A stretch of 56,177 bases of DNA. Source: Rickettsiales bacterium (lineage in GTDB: Bacteria > Pseudomonadota > Alphaproteobacteria > Rickettsiales > UBA1997). The stretch lies in contig JAQTXT010000001.1 of assembly GCA_028688645.1 (NCBI GenBank), positions 1-56,177 on the forward strand, read 5' to 3'. Made by a program: the position numbers and the translations under genes. Positions 1 through 8,930 of this stretch are shown here, piece after piece (position 1 is the stretch's first letter; each line of letters opens with the position of its first letter). The notes beneath the pieces are model-generated. The model was not told the DNA's origin. It did not search any database and saw only the letters and a program-made list of their open reading frames with translations.

Positions 1-23
1 ATATTGTTAAATTTTTAGACTTG

Positions 24-40
24 ACAACTACATCTAGTTA
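24..40 (+). promoter_or_regulatory. Candidate NrdR-box-like palindrome overlapping a TTGACA hexamer upstream of nrdD
   Basis: TTGACA lies at 21-26. It is followed by CTACATCTAG (28-37), which has symmetric arms aacta/tagtt. This matches about 8 of 10 core positions of the published NrdR-box consensus (CwAtATaTwG). No convincing second box was seen. Confidence 0.25.
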
Positions 41-78
41 TGCTTTTATAAGCACATGATTTTAAAAAAATTAAAAAA

Positions 79-2316
79 ATGGAAAATAATGTTATAAATA
101 ATGTTTTGTTTTTAAAGCCAGATACAAAAAACAGACTTTCAAAATCTTTTAAAGATGCGAAAGAAGGTTCCATTTCTGACTTTTTAAATAATCTTTCAAA
201 AAATAGTTTAAAATTAATCTCTGGTAATGAAGAAGATATAATAAAACAGGAATTAATTAATCAAAAACTTTTTAAAGTTTATAAAGAATATATACGAGAA
301 GAAATTGAAAGCGAATATGAAACAAAAGAAGAACAAAGAGATACAAAAGTTAGTTCAAAGCACTCAGTTCAAGAATATATAGATAAACAAGACTGGAGAA
401 TTAACGCTAATGCAAATACTGGTTATAGTAATGCTGGTATGATTAATAATCTTTCTGGAAAATTAATCGCAAACTATTGGTTAGATAATATCTTCTCAAA
501 AGAAGAAGGTGAATCTCATAGAATTGGAGATTATCATATTCATGATTTAGATTGTTTAACAGCTTATTGTGCTGGTTGGTCTTTAAGAGCTCTACTTGAT
601 GAAGGATTTAACGGAGTTAAAGGTAGAGTTTCTGCACAAGCACCTAAACACTTTAGAAGTGCTTTAGGACAAATGGCAAACTTTTTAGGTATTTTGCAGT
701 CAGAATGGGCTGGAGCACAAGCTTTTAGTAGTTTTGATACTTATTTGGCACCTTATGTATTTTTAGATAATTTAACACCAAAAGAAATAAAAAGAGCTAT
801 TGCTAGTTTTGTATACAATTTAAATGTTCCTGCAAGGTGGGGACAATCTCCTTTTACAAATGTAACAATGGATTTTACAGTTCCAACAGATTTAAAAGAT
901 CAATTTCCAACTAGAGAAGGACAACATTTATTCAAAGGTCTTGGAGAAGGAAATTTATTTGGAGAAGATAATCTATTAGAAAAAGCAAGAGAGAGGGGTG
1001 TAGAAAACTTAGAGGAATTAACGTATAAACATTTCCAAAAAGAACTTGAAATGATTGATGTTGCATATTATGAGGTAATGACAGAAGGCGATAATGAAGG
1101 TCAACCTTTTACTTTTCCTATCCCAACAGTTAACATAACAGAAGACTTTAAATGGGATACACCAGCCGCTGATGCATTATTTGAAAATACAGCAAAAATA
1201 GGTAGCTCATATTTCCAAAATTTCCTTGGAAGTCAATACATGAAAGATAAAGATGGAAATTTAGTTCCTAATCCAGATGCTTATAAACCAGGTGCCGTTA
1301 GAAGCATGTGCTGTCGTCTTCAATTAGATTTAAGAGAACTTTTGAGAAGAGGAAATGGATTATTTGGATCAGCAGAAATGACTGGTTCTATTGGTGTTGT
1401 AACACTTAATATGGCAAGACTTGGTTATAGGTTTAAAGGTTATTCTGACGGTATTGCAAGAATTGGCGACAAACAAGGCATGCTAAAAGAAATCGGTAGA
1501 TTAATGGATTTAGCAAAATCAACCCTTGAAAAAAGGAGGATTTTCGTCCAAGAACTTTATGAAAGAGGCTTTTATCCATACACTAAAAGATATTTAAAAC
1601 ATTTTAGAAATCATTTCTCAACTATCGGAATAAATGGTATGAATGAAATGATAAGAAATTTCACTGATGATAGTTATGATATTAGCGATTCAAAGGGTAT
1701 AGTCTTAGCTACAGAAATTCTTGAATTCATGAGAAGTAAATTGAAAGAATATCAAAATGAAACTGGAAATTTATATAACTTAGAAGCAACGCCAGCTGAA
1801 GGAACTACTTATAGATTTGCTAAAGAGGATAGAAAGAGGTATCCAAACATAATTCAAGCAGGAACTTATCCAAACATCTATTATACAAATAGCAGTCAGT
1901 TGCCTTCAAATTATACAGATGATCCATTTACAGCTTTGACTTTGCAAAATGATTTACAAAGTAAATATACAGGAGGAACAGTATTGCATTTATATATGAG
2001 TGAGAGAATTAGTAGTGGTGAAGCATGTAAAAGATTTGTAAGAACTGTTTTGGGTAATTATAAGATGCCATATATCACAATAACTCCTGTATTCTCAACA
2101 TGTTCTGAGCATGGTTATTTAAATGGCGAACAAAAAACTTGCCCAATATGTGGAGAACCAACACAGGTATGGACTAGAGTTATGGGATACCACAGACCAG
2201 TTGACCAATTTAATGTTGGAAAACAAGGTGAACATAATGAAAGATTATTCTTCAAGGAAGACACAGAAGAAATCTGTGCTTATGAAAAGAAAATCAAAAA
2301 AACAACAGCTTGTTAA
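79..2316 (+). CDS. nrdD: Anaerobic (class III) ribonucleoside-triphosphate reductase
   Basis: 745 aa. The C-terminal Zn-ribbon reads CSEHGY..CPICG. It is followed by the glycyl-radical motif TRVMGYHRPV..NVGKQGE. The core has class III RNR length and similarity. No ATP-cone motif was recognised at the N-terminus. Confidence 0.93.
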   Translation: MENNVINNVLFLKPDTKNRLSKSFKDAKEGSISDFLNNLSKNSLKLISGNEEDIIKQELINQKLFKVYKEYIREEIESEYETKEEQRDTKVSSKHSVQEYIDKQDWRINANANTGYSNAGMINNLSGKLIANYWLDNIFSKEEGESHRIGDYHIHDLDCLTAYCAGWSLRALLDEGFNGVKGRVSAQAPKHFRSALGQMANFLGILQSEWAGAQAFSSFDTYLAPYVFLDNLTPKEIKRAIASFVYNLNVPARWGQSPFTNVTMDFTVPTDLKDQFPTREGQHLFKGLGEGNLFGEDNLLEKARERGVENLEELTYKHFQKELEMIDVAYYEVMTEGDNEGQPFTFPIPTVNITEDFKWDTPAADALFENTAKIGSSYFQNFLGSQYMKDKDGNLVPNPDAYKPGAVRSMCCRLQLDLRELLRRGNGLFGSAEMTGSIGVVTLNMARLGYRFKGYSDGIARIGDKQGMLKEIGRLMDLAKSTLEKRRIFVQELYERGFYPYTKRYLKHFRNHFSTIGINGMNEMIRNFTDDSYDISDSKGIVLATEILEFMRSKLKEYQNETGNLYNLEATPAEGTTYRFAKEDRKRYPNIIQAGTYPNIYYTNSSQLPSNYTDDPFTALTLQNDLQSKYTGGTVLHLYMSERISSGEACKRFVRTVLGNYKMPYITITPVFSTCSEHGYLNGEQKTCPICGEPTQVWTRVMGYHRPVDQFNVGKQGEHNERLFFKEDTEEICAYEKKIKKTTAC

Positions 2317-2345
2317 GTAGTAAATTAACTGTTAAAATAAAAAAT

Positions 2346-2378
2346 AAACCTTTTGATAAAATCAAGAGGTTTATTTTT
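2346..2378 (+). terminator. Rho-independent terminator after nrdD
   Basis: Hairpin aaaccttttg / caagaggttt, followed by a T-rich tract, about 30 nt after the nrdD stop. Confidence 0.6.
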
Positions 2379-2410
2379 AATTATAACTTAACTTTTAATA
2401 AATTTGATAA

Positions 2411-2566
2411 TAGACCTGTTGCATAAATAATTTTTCCACAAAAAATAATTTATACAAAAAAAGATGAGGATATTTCAAAATTTTTGTGGAAAATATTATA
2501 AAACTTCCAATAACTCAGATGTCTTTTTCCATTGAAAAATTTCAAATTATTTATGCAACAGGTCTA
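2411..2566. mobile_element. MITE-like palindromic element, copy A (156 bp)
   Basis: The terminal inverted repeats tagacctgttgcataaataattt and aaattatttatgcaacaggtcta are present. There is an internal inverted pair ttttccacaaaaa / tttttgtggaaaa. A near-identical copy lies at 6876-7110. Both ends are TA. Confidence 0.75.
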
Positions 2567-2620
2567 ATATTTATAATTTTTCACATTTTAGTTAGAACAT
2601 AAAAAAATTCGCTTATACAG

Positions 2621-3028
2621 TTAGTTCTTATACTTTTTCTTATTAATATTTATTTTTTCAACAGAACAAACACCATTTTTATACCACTCACATGAATTAC
2701 AAATTTTTTTAAATTTTTCAGTGTCAAAATTTCTGTAAAAATAATTAATTAATTCATCAAAACAATATTGTTTATTTAAATCTAAATTGTAATTTTCAAT
2801 TGTTAATCTATCTAATAATTTTATGTGTTCTTCATCTTTACACAAACTATTAACTTTATTGGGACATTTTGAACACAAACAATCGCAATCAAATTGGAAC
2901 TTAATAATATTTTCATTAAGGTTGGAAATTATATCAGTCATATTCTTAATAAACTCTTCACTATAACCTTTTCCTTCAAAGAAAAAAATACAATTTATAT
3001 GATGAGGTCTTAAAATTATTTTTTGCAT
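2621..3028 (-). CDS. Cys-rich DUF1284-like protein
   Basis: 135 aa. The N-terminal LRPHHINC..GKGYS..F motif and several CxC / CxxC clusters are typical of DUF1284 proteins. Confidence 0.6.
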   Translation of the reverse strand: MQKIILRPHHINCIFFFEGKGYSEEFIKNMTDIISNLNENIIKFQFDCDCLCSKCPNKVNSLCKDEEHIKLLDRLTIENYNLDLNKQYCFDELINYFYRNFDTEKFKKICNSCEWYKNGVCSVEKININKKKYKN

Positions 3029-3040
3029 CAGAAATTTTAT

Positions 3041-6000
3041 TTATTTTAAATCAATCTTATCAATTTTGCCAAAACTTGTCCATAAAATATAACATTCAAC
3101 AATCTTATTTGAATAAATTTTCTCAATTAATATTTTATATAATCCTAATTGTTTTTTATATTTTTCAGGAACTTTCGTTGGCAAATAATTTGTATTTTTA
3201 TAGTCAATTATAAATATTTTATCATTAGTAATTGTCAATCTATCAATCTGCCCAGAAATAATATCTTTTCCAATATTTCCAAAAATTGGAACTTCTGCTT
3301 TAGAATTTTCTCCAAACAAATATTGAAATTCTTTATTATTTAAAACATTAAAAACAATCTCTTTTATTTCATTTTTATAATGAGAATCTTTTAAATATAT
3401 GTCAGCTATTTTATCTCGTTCACTATCTTTAACTTCTGGCAAAATTTCTAGTAATTTATGAACCAATTTTCCTTTTTGGATATTATCAGAATTTTCATGT
3501 GGTTTTACTATCACATTTTCAGCATAATATAATGAGGGATTAATTATTTTACTCTCTTCCTTTTGAGTTTTTGATTGAGATATAGTCAAAATTATTGAAC
3601 CAATATTTTCTTGATTTTCCATTTTTTTAATATTGATTTTAGCTGTTTTATCAAATTTATCCTCATCACCAATGTATAAAATATTCTCTTCAAAATTTTC
3701 ACTTTTTCTATTTTTTGCACCAATATTTATTATAGATTGTTTCAAAATTTCATACCAACAATTTTCTTTTGCTTCTTGTTGTCCCCTTCCATAATCGCAA
3801 ATATAAAGCTCATTTTCCGCCCTAGTAATTGCAACATAAAGAAGTCTTAAATATTCTTCTTCAGCTTCACTTTGCATTTGTTCTTTTATGGTATTTTCTG
3901 TAAAATTTGTTTTCTCTTTAACTAATATCGGCAGTTTAAAATCATAGCCTTCAATTTTGTGATTTAAAATACTACTTGTCTTCTGTATTTTACCTTTTGT
4001 ATGATTAGTGTCTGCTAAAATAATTATTGGGCTTTCCATACCTTTTGATGAATGAACTGTTATTATTTTAATTTCGTCAGTTGATAAATCTATATCCCTT
4101 TTTATTTCAAGATCACTATTTTCTAAAAATTCGATAAATCCTAATAATGTAGCATCATTATGATTTTTTTCATAATCGTTAACTAAATTTAAAATTTCGT
4201 TCAAAACTTCATCAGCTAAATATACAAATCTTTCTTTAAAATTCTTTCTAATATTTTTAGTTTCAAAGACATAAAATAGAAATTCATAAGGGGTTAAAAT
4301 TTGTACCTTTTCTATTAAATCATTTAAAAAATCACAATTTGAAAAAGCAATCCATAAACTGCAATTATTTTCATTTTTGTATTTACATAATTTATATAAA
4401 TCATCTTCAGACATATTGAGAATTGGTGATTTTATTATATTAGCCAAACTCAAGTCGTCTTCATTAAACAAAACAAATTTACACAAAGAGATAATATCTT
4501 GAGAAATAATATTTTCAGATAGATTAAATCTATCATTTCCCATCGTTGGAATATTGTATTTACTAAATTGTCTTATCAAATAATTGATAAAATCTTTATC
4601 TCTATTTTTAATCAAAATCATTATATCAGAGTATCTTAAAGGACGAAAACACTTATCTTTTCTTGAAAAAATTATTTTGCCATTTTTAAACCAACTATTG
4701 ACTTCTTTGGCTATAATTTCAGCAAGTTTCTGTTTATTTGTAGGTTCTATATTCTCAGGATAATTAATCTCCCAATTCGGTAGTTCTTCATTTTTCTCTT
4801 GTTTTGTTGTTTTATCTCCAATCAACGGCCATATTTCAACCTTTCCAACGCCATCTTGCCTCACAATATTATGTTTTATCGTATCCTGTAATTTTGAAAT
4901 TGCATTTTTTCTTGATGGTTCTTTAAATACTTCGTCTGCAACACTAAGTATCGACTTTAAAGATCTAAATGAAGTTTCCAAATAAATATTTTCAAATTTT
5001 TTACCACAATTCTCTATTTTTTGCTTATAATCCTCTAAAATAATATGAAAGTTATTAGGATCAGCACCTTGAAAACTAAATATTGATTGTTTTTCATCAC
5101 CAACTACAAAAATTGTTCTATTTTCATTTTCTTTATATCCATAGCCCGCAAAAAACTCTTCTGTAATTGATTTTACAATATCCCATTGAATCGGACTTGT
5201 ATCTTGCGCTTCATCAATTAAAAGATGGTCTATGCCCTCATCTAACTTATAGTTTATCCAATTTGAATATGGATTTTCACCATTCAAATTTTTATATCTT
5301 GAATCGTTTAAAAGTCTGTCAGTTTCAAAAATCAAATCGCTATAATCAAGGTATCCTGCATCTTTTTTTAAAGCAGTATAAATGTCAAAGATGCAATAAA
5401 CCAATCTTAAAAAATGCGCAGTAAATTCAAAGTTGATTAAATTATTTCGCCTTTCTACGAATTCAAAAACTCTCCGCCCTTCCCTTTCAACGAAATCAGC
5501 AAGTTGAGGAAAATTTTCCACTATATTTTTTGTTATTATTTTTCCTTCAGCTTTTATCTCATTTTTTTGTGTTAAAAATAAATAAATGTATTTAGTTAGA
5601 TCAAATTTATTTTTAAAAAAACTAATAAATTTTAAATCTGTTACCTTACCAGAACTTTCAACACTGTCAAGTAAATCGTCATTTAAAATAGAAAGATCCA
5701 AGTTCTCTAAAAATTCATTTTCAATACTTTCACTATTTTCTTCAAACTCCAAATCGAAACTTTTTTTTATTTCATTAATCACACCGTCAGTCGTAAAAAA
5801 TTTACTTTTTAAATAAAGTAAATTATCTTTTTGACCCATCGCCTGCTTCAATAAAGCAACGAATTGTTCTTCATTTTCATAAGTAAAAATATATTCAATA
5901 GATCGTTTAACCTCTGAATTATCTATTTTTAACAGTTCATCTTTCGCTTGTAATAATAATTCACTTGATATAACTTCATCTGCAATTTGAAAATTAGGTA

Positions 6001-6469
6001 TAATATTTGCTTCAAGAGGAAATCTTTTTATAATTTGCTGGCAAAATGAATGAATTGTTAAAATCTTAAAATCATTACTATAATCAAGAATTTTTGCAAA
6101 AAGTGTTCTAGCTATTTTTGTTTTTTCTTTAATATTTGTATAATCGCCATCTAATTCAAATATCTCCTTTTCTAATTTTTCATCATTAAGAGTAGTCCAT
6201 TCTGCTAATTTTGCATTAATTCTATTTCTCATTTCAGCAGCACCAGTATTTGTGAATGTAATACACAAAATTTTTGAAGGTTGAATTCCCGATAAAAGCA
6301 TTCTTAGTAATCTTTTCACCAAAACAGTAGTCTTCCCTGAGCCAGCAGAAGCACTTGTCCAGATTGAATAATCAGGATTTGAGGCTATATTTTGTTTTTT
6401 TTTAACTTCTTCCATCATAACAAAATATATTATAATAATATTTTTAATATGTAAGTTAATTTTTTTCAT
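3041..6469 (-). CDS. addA: Double-strand break repair helicase-nuclease AddA (UvrD-like helicase + PD-(D/E)xK nuclease)
   Basis: Walker A is ASAGSGKTTVL. UvrD-family helicase motifs are present (IDEAQDTSP, VGDEKQSIFSFQGA, VAITRA). The C-terminal nuclease motif is GQIDRL..IIDYKNT. The true start may be the internal MMEEV at about 6418. Confidence 0.85.
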   Translation of the reverse strand: MKKINLHIKNIIIIYFVMMEEVKKKQNIASNPDYSIWTSASAGSGKTTVLVKRLLRMLLSGIQPSKILCITFTNTGAAEMRNRINAKLAEWTTLNDEKLEKEIFELDGDYTNIKEKTKIARTLFAKILDYSNDFKILTIHSFCQQIIKRFPLEANIIPNFQIADEVISSELLLQAKDELLKIDNSEVKRSIEYIFTYENEEQFVALLKQAMGQKDNLLYLKSKFFTTDGVINEIKKSFDLEFEENSESIENEFLENLDLSILNDDLLDSVESSGKVTDLKFISFFKNKFDLTKYIYLFLTQKNEIKAEGKIITKNIVENFPQLADFVEREGRRVFEFVERRNNLINFEFTAHFLRLVYCIFDIYTALKKDAGYLDYSDLIFETDRLLNDSRYKNLNGENPYSNWINYKLDEGIDHLLIDEAQDTSPIQWDIVKSITEEFFAGYGYKENENRTIFVVGDEKQSIFSFQGADPNNFHIILEDYKQKIENCGKKFENIYLETSFRSLKSILSVADEVFKEPSRKNAISKLQDTIKHNIVRQDGVGKVEIWPLIGDKTTKQEKNEELPNWEINYPENIEPTNKQKLAEIIAKEVNSWFKNGKIIFSRKDKCFRPLRYSDIMILIKNRDKDFINYLIRQFSKYNIPTMGNDRFNLSENIISQDIISLCKFVLFNEDDLSLANIIKSPILNMSEDDLYKLCKYKNENNCSLWIAFSNCDFLNDLIEKVQILTPYEFLFYVFETKNIRKNFKERFVYLADEVLNEILNLVNDYEKNHNDATLLGFIEFLENSDLEIKRDIDLSTDEIKIITVHSSKGMESPIIILADTNHTKGKIQKTSSILNHKIEGYDFKLPILVKEKTNFTENTIKEQMQSEAEEEYLRLLYVAITRAENELYICDYGRGQQEAKENCWYEILKQSIINIGAKNRKSENFEENILYIGDEDKFDKTAKINIKKMENQENIGSIILTISQSKTQKEESKIINPSLYYAENVIVKPHENSDNIQKGKLVHKLLEILPEVKDSERDKIADIYLKDSHYKNEIKEIVFNVLNNKEFQYLFGENSKAEVPIFGNIGKDIISGQIDRLTITNDKIFIIDYKNTNYLPTKVPEKYKKQLGLYKILIEKIYSNKIVECYILWTSFGKIDKIDLK

Positions 6470-6545
6470 TTTTAACTTGATTAAATAAAATAATGTTTTA
6501 GACTACTTCTAAATAGAGATTTTGTAAAAAAATAATAGGAAAAAA

Positions 6546-6767
6546 ATGGCTAAGAAAGATATTCATCCAGATTATCACATGATTATTGTTAAAACTACTG
6601 ATGGTAGCGAATTTAAAACAAAATCATGCTATGGAAAAGAAGGTTCTGTAATAAGTGTTGAATTGGACCCATATAATCATCCAGCATGGAAAGATGGAAA
6701 ACATGCTTTTGTTAATACAAAAGATGATCAAATTACTAAATTCAATAAAAAATGGAGTTTTAAATAA
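6546..6767 (+). CDS. rpmE: 50S ribosomal protein L31
   Basis: 73 aa. KKDIHPDYH...HPAW... is the typical L31 signature. A purine-rich aataggaaaaaa sequence directly precedes the ATG. Confidence 0.9.
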   Translation: MAKKDIHPDYHMIIVKTTDGSEFKTKSCYGKEGSVISVELDPYNHPAWKDGKHAFVNTKDDQITKFNKKWSFK

Positions 6768-6794
6768 ATTTTGTAGTATTTGAATAATAAAAAT

Positions 6795-6824
6795 CTCCGC
6801 ATATATATTTTGCGGAGTTTTTTT
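6795..6824 (+). terminator. Rho-independent terminator after rpmE
   Basis: ctccgca (6795-6801) pairs with tgcggag (6811-6817) and is followed by ttttttt. Confidence 0.7.
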
Positions 6825-6875
6825 GCATCTTAAAAATAAAGAAAACAATTAAATTACCAAATTAATTTTTTTAAT

Positions 6876-7110
6876 TAGACCTATTGCATAAATAATTTTT
6901 CCACAAAAAATAATTTATACAAAAAAAGACGAAGATATTTCAAAATTGTTAGCAGAAACAGTATACTTATATATTTCGTTGTTAAAAATTTTGAAATTCT
7001 GAAGGATTTTGAAGTAGAAATTAAATTTTTGTGGAAAATATTATAAAACTTCCCATACTCAGATGTCTTTTTTCCATTGAAAAATTTCAAATTATTATGC
7101 AACAGGTCTA
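6876..7110. mobile_element. MITE-like palindromic element, copy B (235 bp, carries a nested insertion of about 78 bp)
   Basis: It has the same termini and internal blocks as 2411-2566 and the same orientation. An extra segment at about 6948-7025 carries its own inverted copy of atttcaaaat. The 73-aa ORF at 6881-7102 (-) lies wholly inside the element and is judged spurious. Confidence 0.75.
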
Positions 7111-7117
7111 TTATCGT

Positions 7118-8860
7118 TTATAATCTTTCTTTTTCCTTGTTAGCCTCAGTTTCTTCTCTTCTTCTTTTTATTTTTGGTTCTATACTTGTTGTTTCTACAA
7201 TCTTCATATCATCAGATTTTTGACGCATTAAAGCTTCCCCTACTCTTGTTCTAACTAAACCTCTAGTTTCTTGTCGATATTCACTTATAGAGCCAATTTG
7301 TGGAGATGGGGCAATAAATTTTGGAACTTTAATAACTCGTTTTATAATCGGAAGAATTTTTTCAGGCATTATTGTAAAATCATCTCCAGGCAATATAAGC
7401 GAAAATCTACTATCAATTTCATGTAATTTTTTAAAAATAACGGGTAAATTTGCTTCATCACTTATTTTTTTTAGTTCATCTATAAATATTCTTCTATTTT
7501 CTTTCGTACCCAGCCTTTTTCTTATGTTAGGACACATACTAATTAAAAAATCTATTATATACTTATCTTTAGGATTAACCATAATAGCATTTCTCGTTTG
7601 TGCAGCAAGACGCTCAAAATAACATGCTTGCAAGGCTATATAATATTGCCCATTAAATATTTCACTTTTTGGATTTATACAATGAGGAAAACCTATTTCA
7701 TCTCCCAATAATCCAAAAGCCATATGAAGTGGAAGAGGTTTTTTTAAATTTTGCGCAATTAAATGAAGAGCATAAAAACTAACCTTTGTTCCCTCATTAT
7801 TTATGTCATCCCACATTGCTTGTAAAATTTCAATAGGGATATTTGGATTTTGTACAAGCCCGCAAACAACATTAGGATTAATCATCATTTTATTATTCCA
7901 TATAGCTTGTAAAATTTCAACAGGAGTACTTGAATTTTTTATAAGTTGTTCAATAAATTCTAAATTATCTCTTATGTTTTTCACATTTATCTCATTCCAC
8001 ATTGCTTGTAAAATTTCAATAGGGATATTTGGATTTTGTGCAAGTCTAAAGATAATAACAGATCTAACTCCTTTTTCTTTTGTATTTTTCTCACCCCATA
8101 TCATCTGTAAAATTTTAACAGGAGTATTCAGATTTTTAGCAATTTCACATAAAACAGCAGAATTAACTTTTGTCCCTTCTGTATTTCTTTCATCCCACAT
8201 TGCTTGTAAAATATTAACAGGAGTTTTTGTATTTCCAGCAATTTCACATAAAACAGCAGAATTAACTTTTGTCCCTTCTGTATTTTTTTCATCCCACATT
8301 GCTTGTAAAATATCTATAGGAGTATTTGGATTTCCAGCAATTTTACATAAAACAGCAGAATCAACCTTTGTTCCTTCTTTATTTCTTTCATCCCACATTG
8401 CTTGCAAAATATTAATAGGAATATTCTTATTATGCGCAAGCCCATAAATAACATGAGAATCAACCTTTGTTCCTTCTGTATTTCTTTCATCCCACATTGC
8501 TTGTAAAATATCTATAGGGGTATTTGGATTTCTAGCAATTTCACATAAAACATCAAAATTAACCTTTGTTCCTTCTGTATTTCTTTCATCCCACATTGCT
8601 TGTAAAATATCTATAGGGGTATTTGGATTTCTAGCAAAATAACACAAAGTGCTAAGAAATATAACTTTTCTTTTATTTTCTTCAATCCAAATTTCTCTCA
8701 AAACTTCAGTAGGAGTATTCTGATTTATTATAAGTAAAATTAAAATATCGTGATTAAGTTTTTCATTTTTCCACATTGCCCTCAATATTCTAGGAGGAGT
8801 GTACGCATCTCTAGCTAGGACTTCGAATGAAAATCTTTTATATAACAAATCAATATCCAT
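7118..8860 (-). CDS. Tandem-repeat protein (eleven 33-aa NPNTPxxILQAMW repeats) with an unknown C-terminal domain
   Basis: 580 aa. The repeat unit is ..NPNTPIDILQAMWDERNTEGTKVxSAVLCEIA.. and is reminiscent of leucine-rich-repeat-variant / HEAT-like helical repeats. The last 200 aa or so are unrelated to the repeats. Confidence 0.85.
   Translation of the reverse strand: MDIDLLYKRFSFEVLARDAYTPPRILRAMWKNEKLNHDILILLIINQNTPTEVLREIWIEENKRKVIFLSTLCYFARNPNTPIDILQAMWDERNTEGTKVNFDVLCEIARNPNTPIDILQAMWDERNTEGTKVDSHVIYGLAHNKNIPINILQAMWDERNKEGTKVDSAVLCKIAGNPNTPIDILQAMWDEKNTEGTKVNSAVLCEIAGNTKTPVNILQAMWDERNTEGTKVNSAVLCEIAKNLNTPVKILQMIWGEKNTKEKGVRSVIIFRLAQNPNIPIEILQAMWNEINVKNIRDNLEFIEQLIKNSSTPVEILQAIWNNKMMINPNVVCGLVQNPNIPIEILQAMWDDINNEGTKVSFYALHLIAQNLKKPLPLHMAFGLLGDEIGFPHCINPKSEIFNGQYYIALQACYFERLAAQTRNAIMVNPKDKYIIDFLISMCPNIRKRLGTKENRRIFIDELKKISDEANLPVIFKKLHEIDSRFSLILPGDDFTIMPEKILPIIKRVIKVPKFIAPSPQIGSISEYRQETRGLVRTRVGEALMRQKSDDMKIVETTSIEPKIKRRREETEANKEKERL
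7745..8815 (-). repeat. 99-bp in-frame tandem repeat array (about 11 units; near-identical core about 8132-8635)
   Basis: The string cctttgttccttctgtatttctttcatcccacattgcttgtaaaatatctataggggtatttggatttctagcaa recurs exactly 99 bp apart, for example at 8464 and 8563. Confidence 0.9.
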
Positions 8861-8930
8861 TTAGCCAGTATTAATTAATATGCCATAATTATATTTTTTT
8901 TTAAGATTAAGTCAATACTCATACAAATAA

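Noticed and set aside
2431-2493. DnaA-box-like sequences (TTTTCCACA and its complement TGTGGAAAA) inside the MITE, with mnmG and mnmE in the window, as a hint of oriC
   Set aside because: The two boxes are simply the arms of the element's internal inverted repeat and recur in the second copy. There is no cluster of boxes, no AT-rich unwinding element beyond background, and no dnaA or hemE context.
7803-8447. 214-aa plus-strand ORF with its own repeats (HIACKISIGIFGF...)
   Set aside because: It is exactly antisense to the 99-bp repeat array. Its periodicity is the mirror image of the real minus-strand repeat protein, and it lacks a start context.
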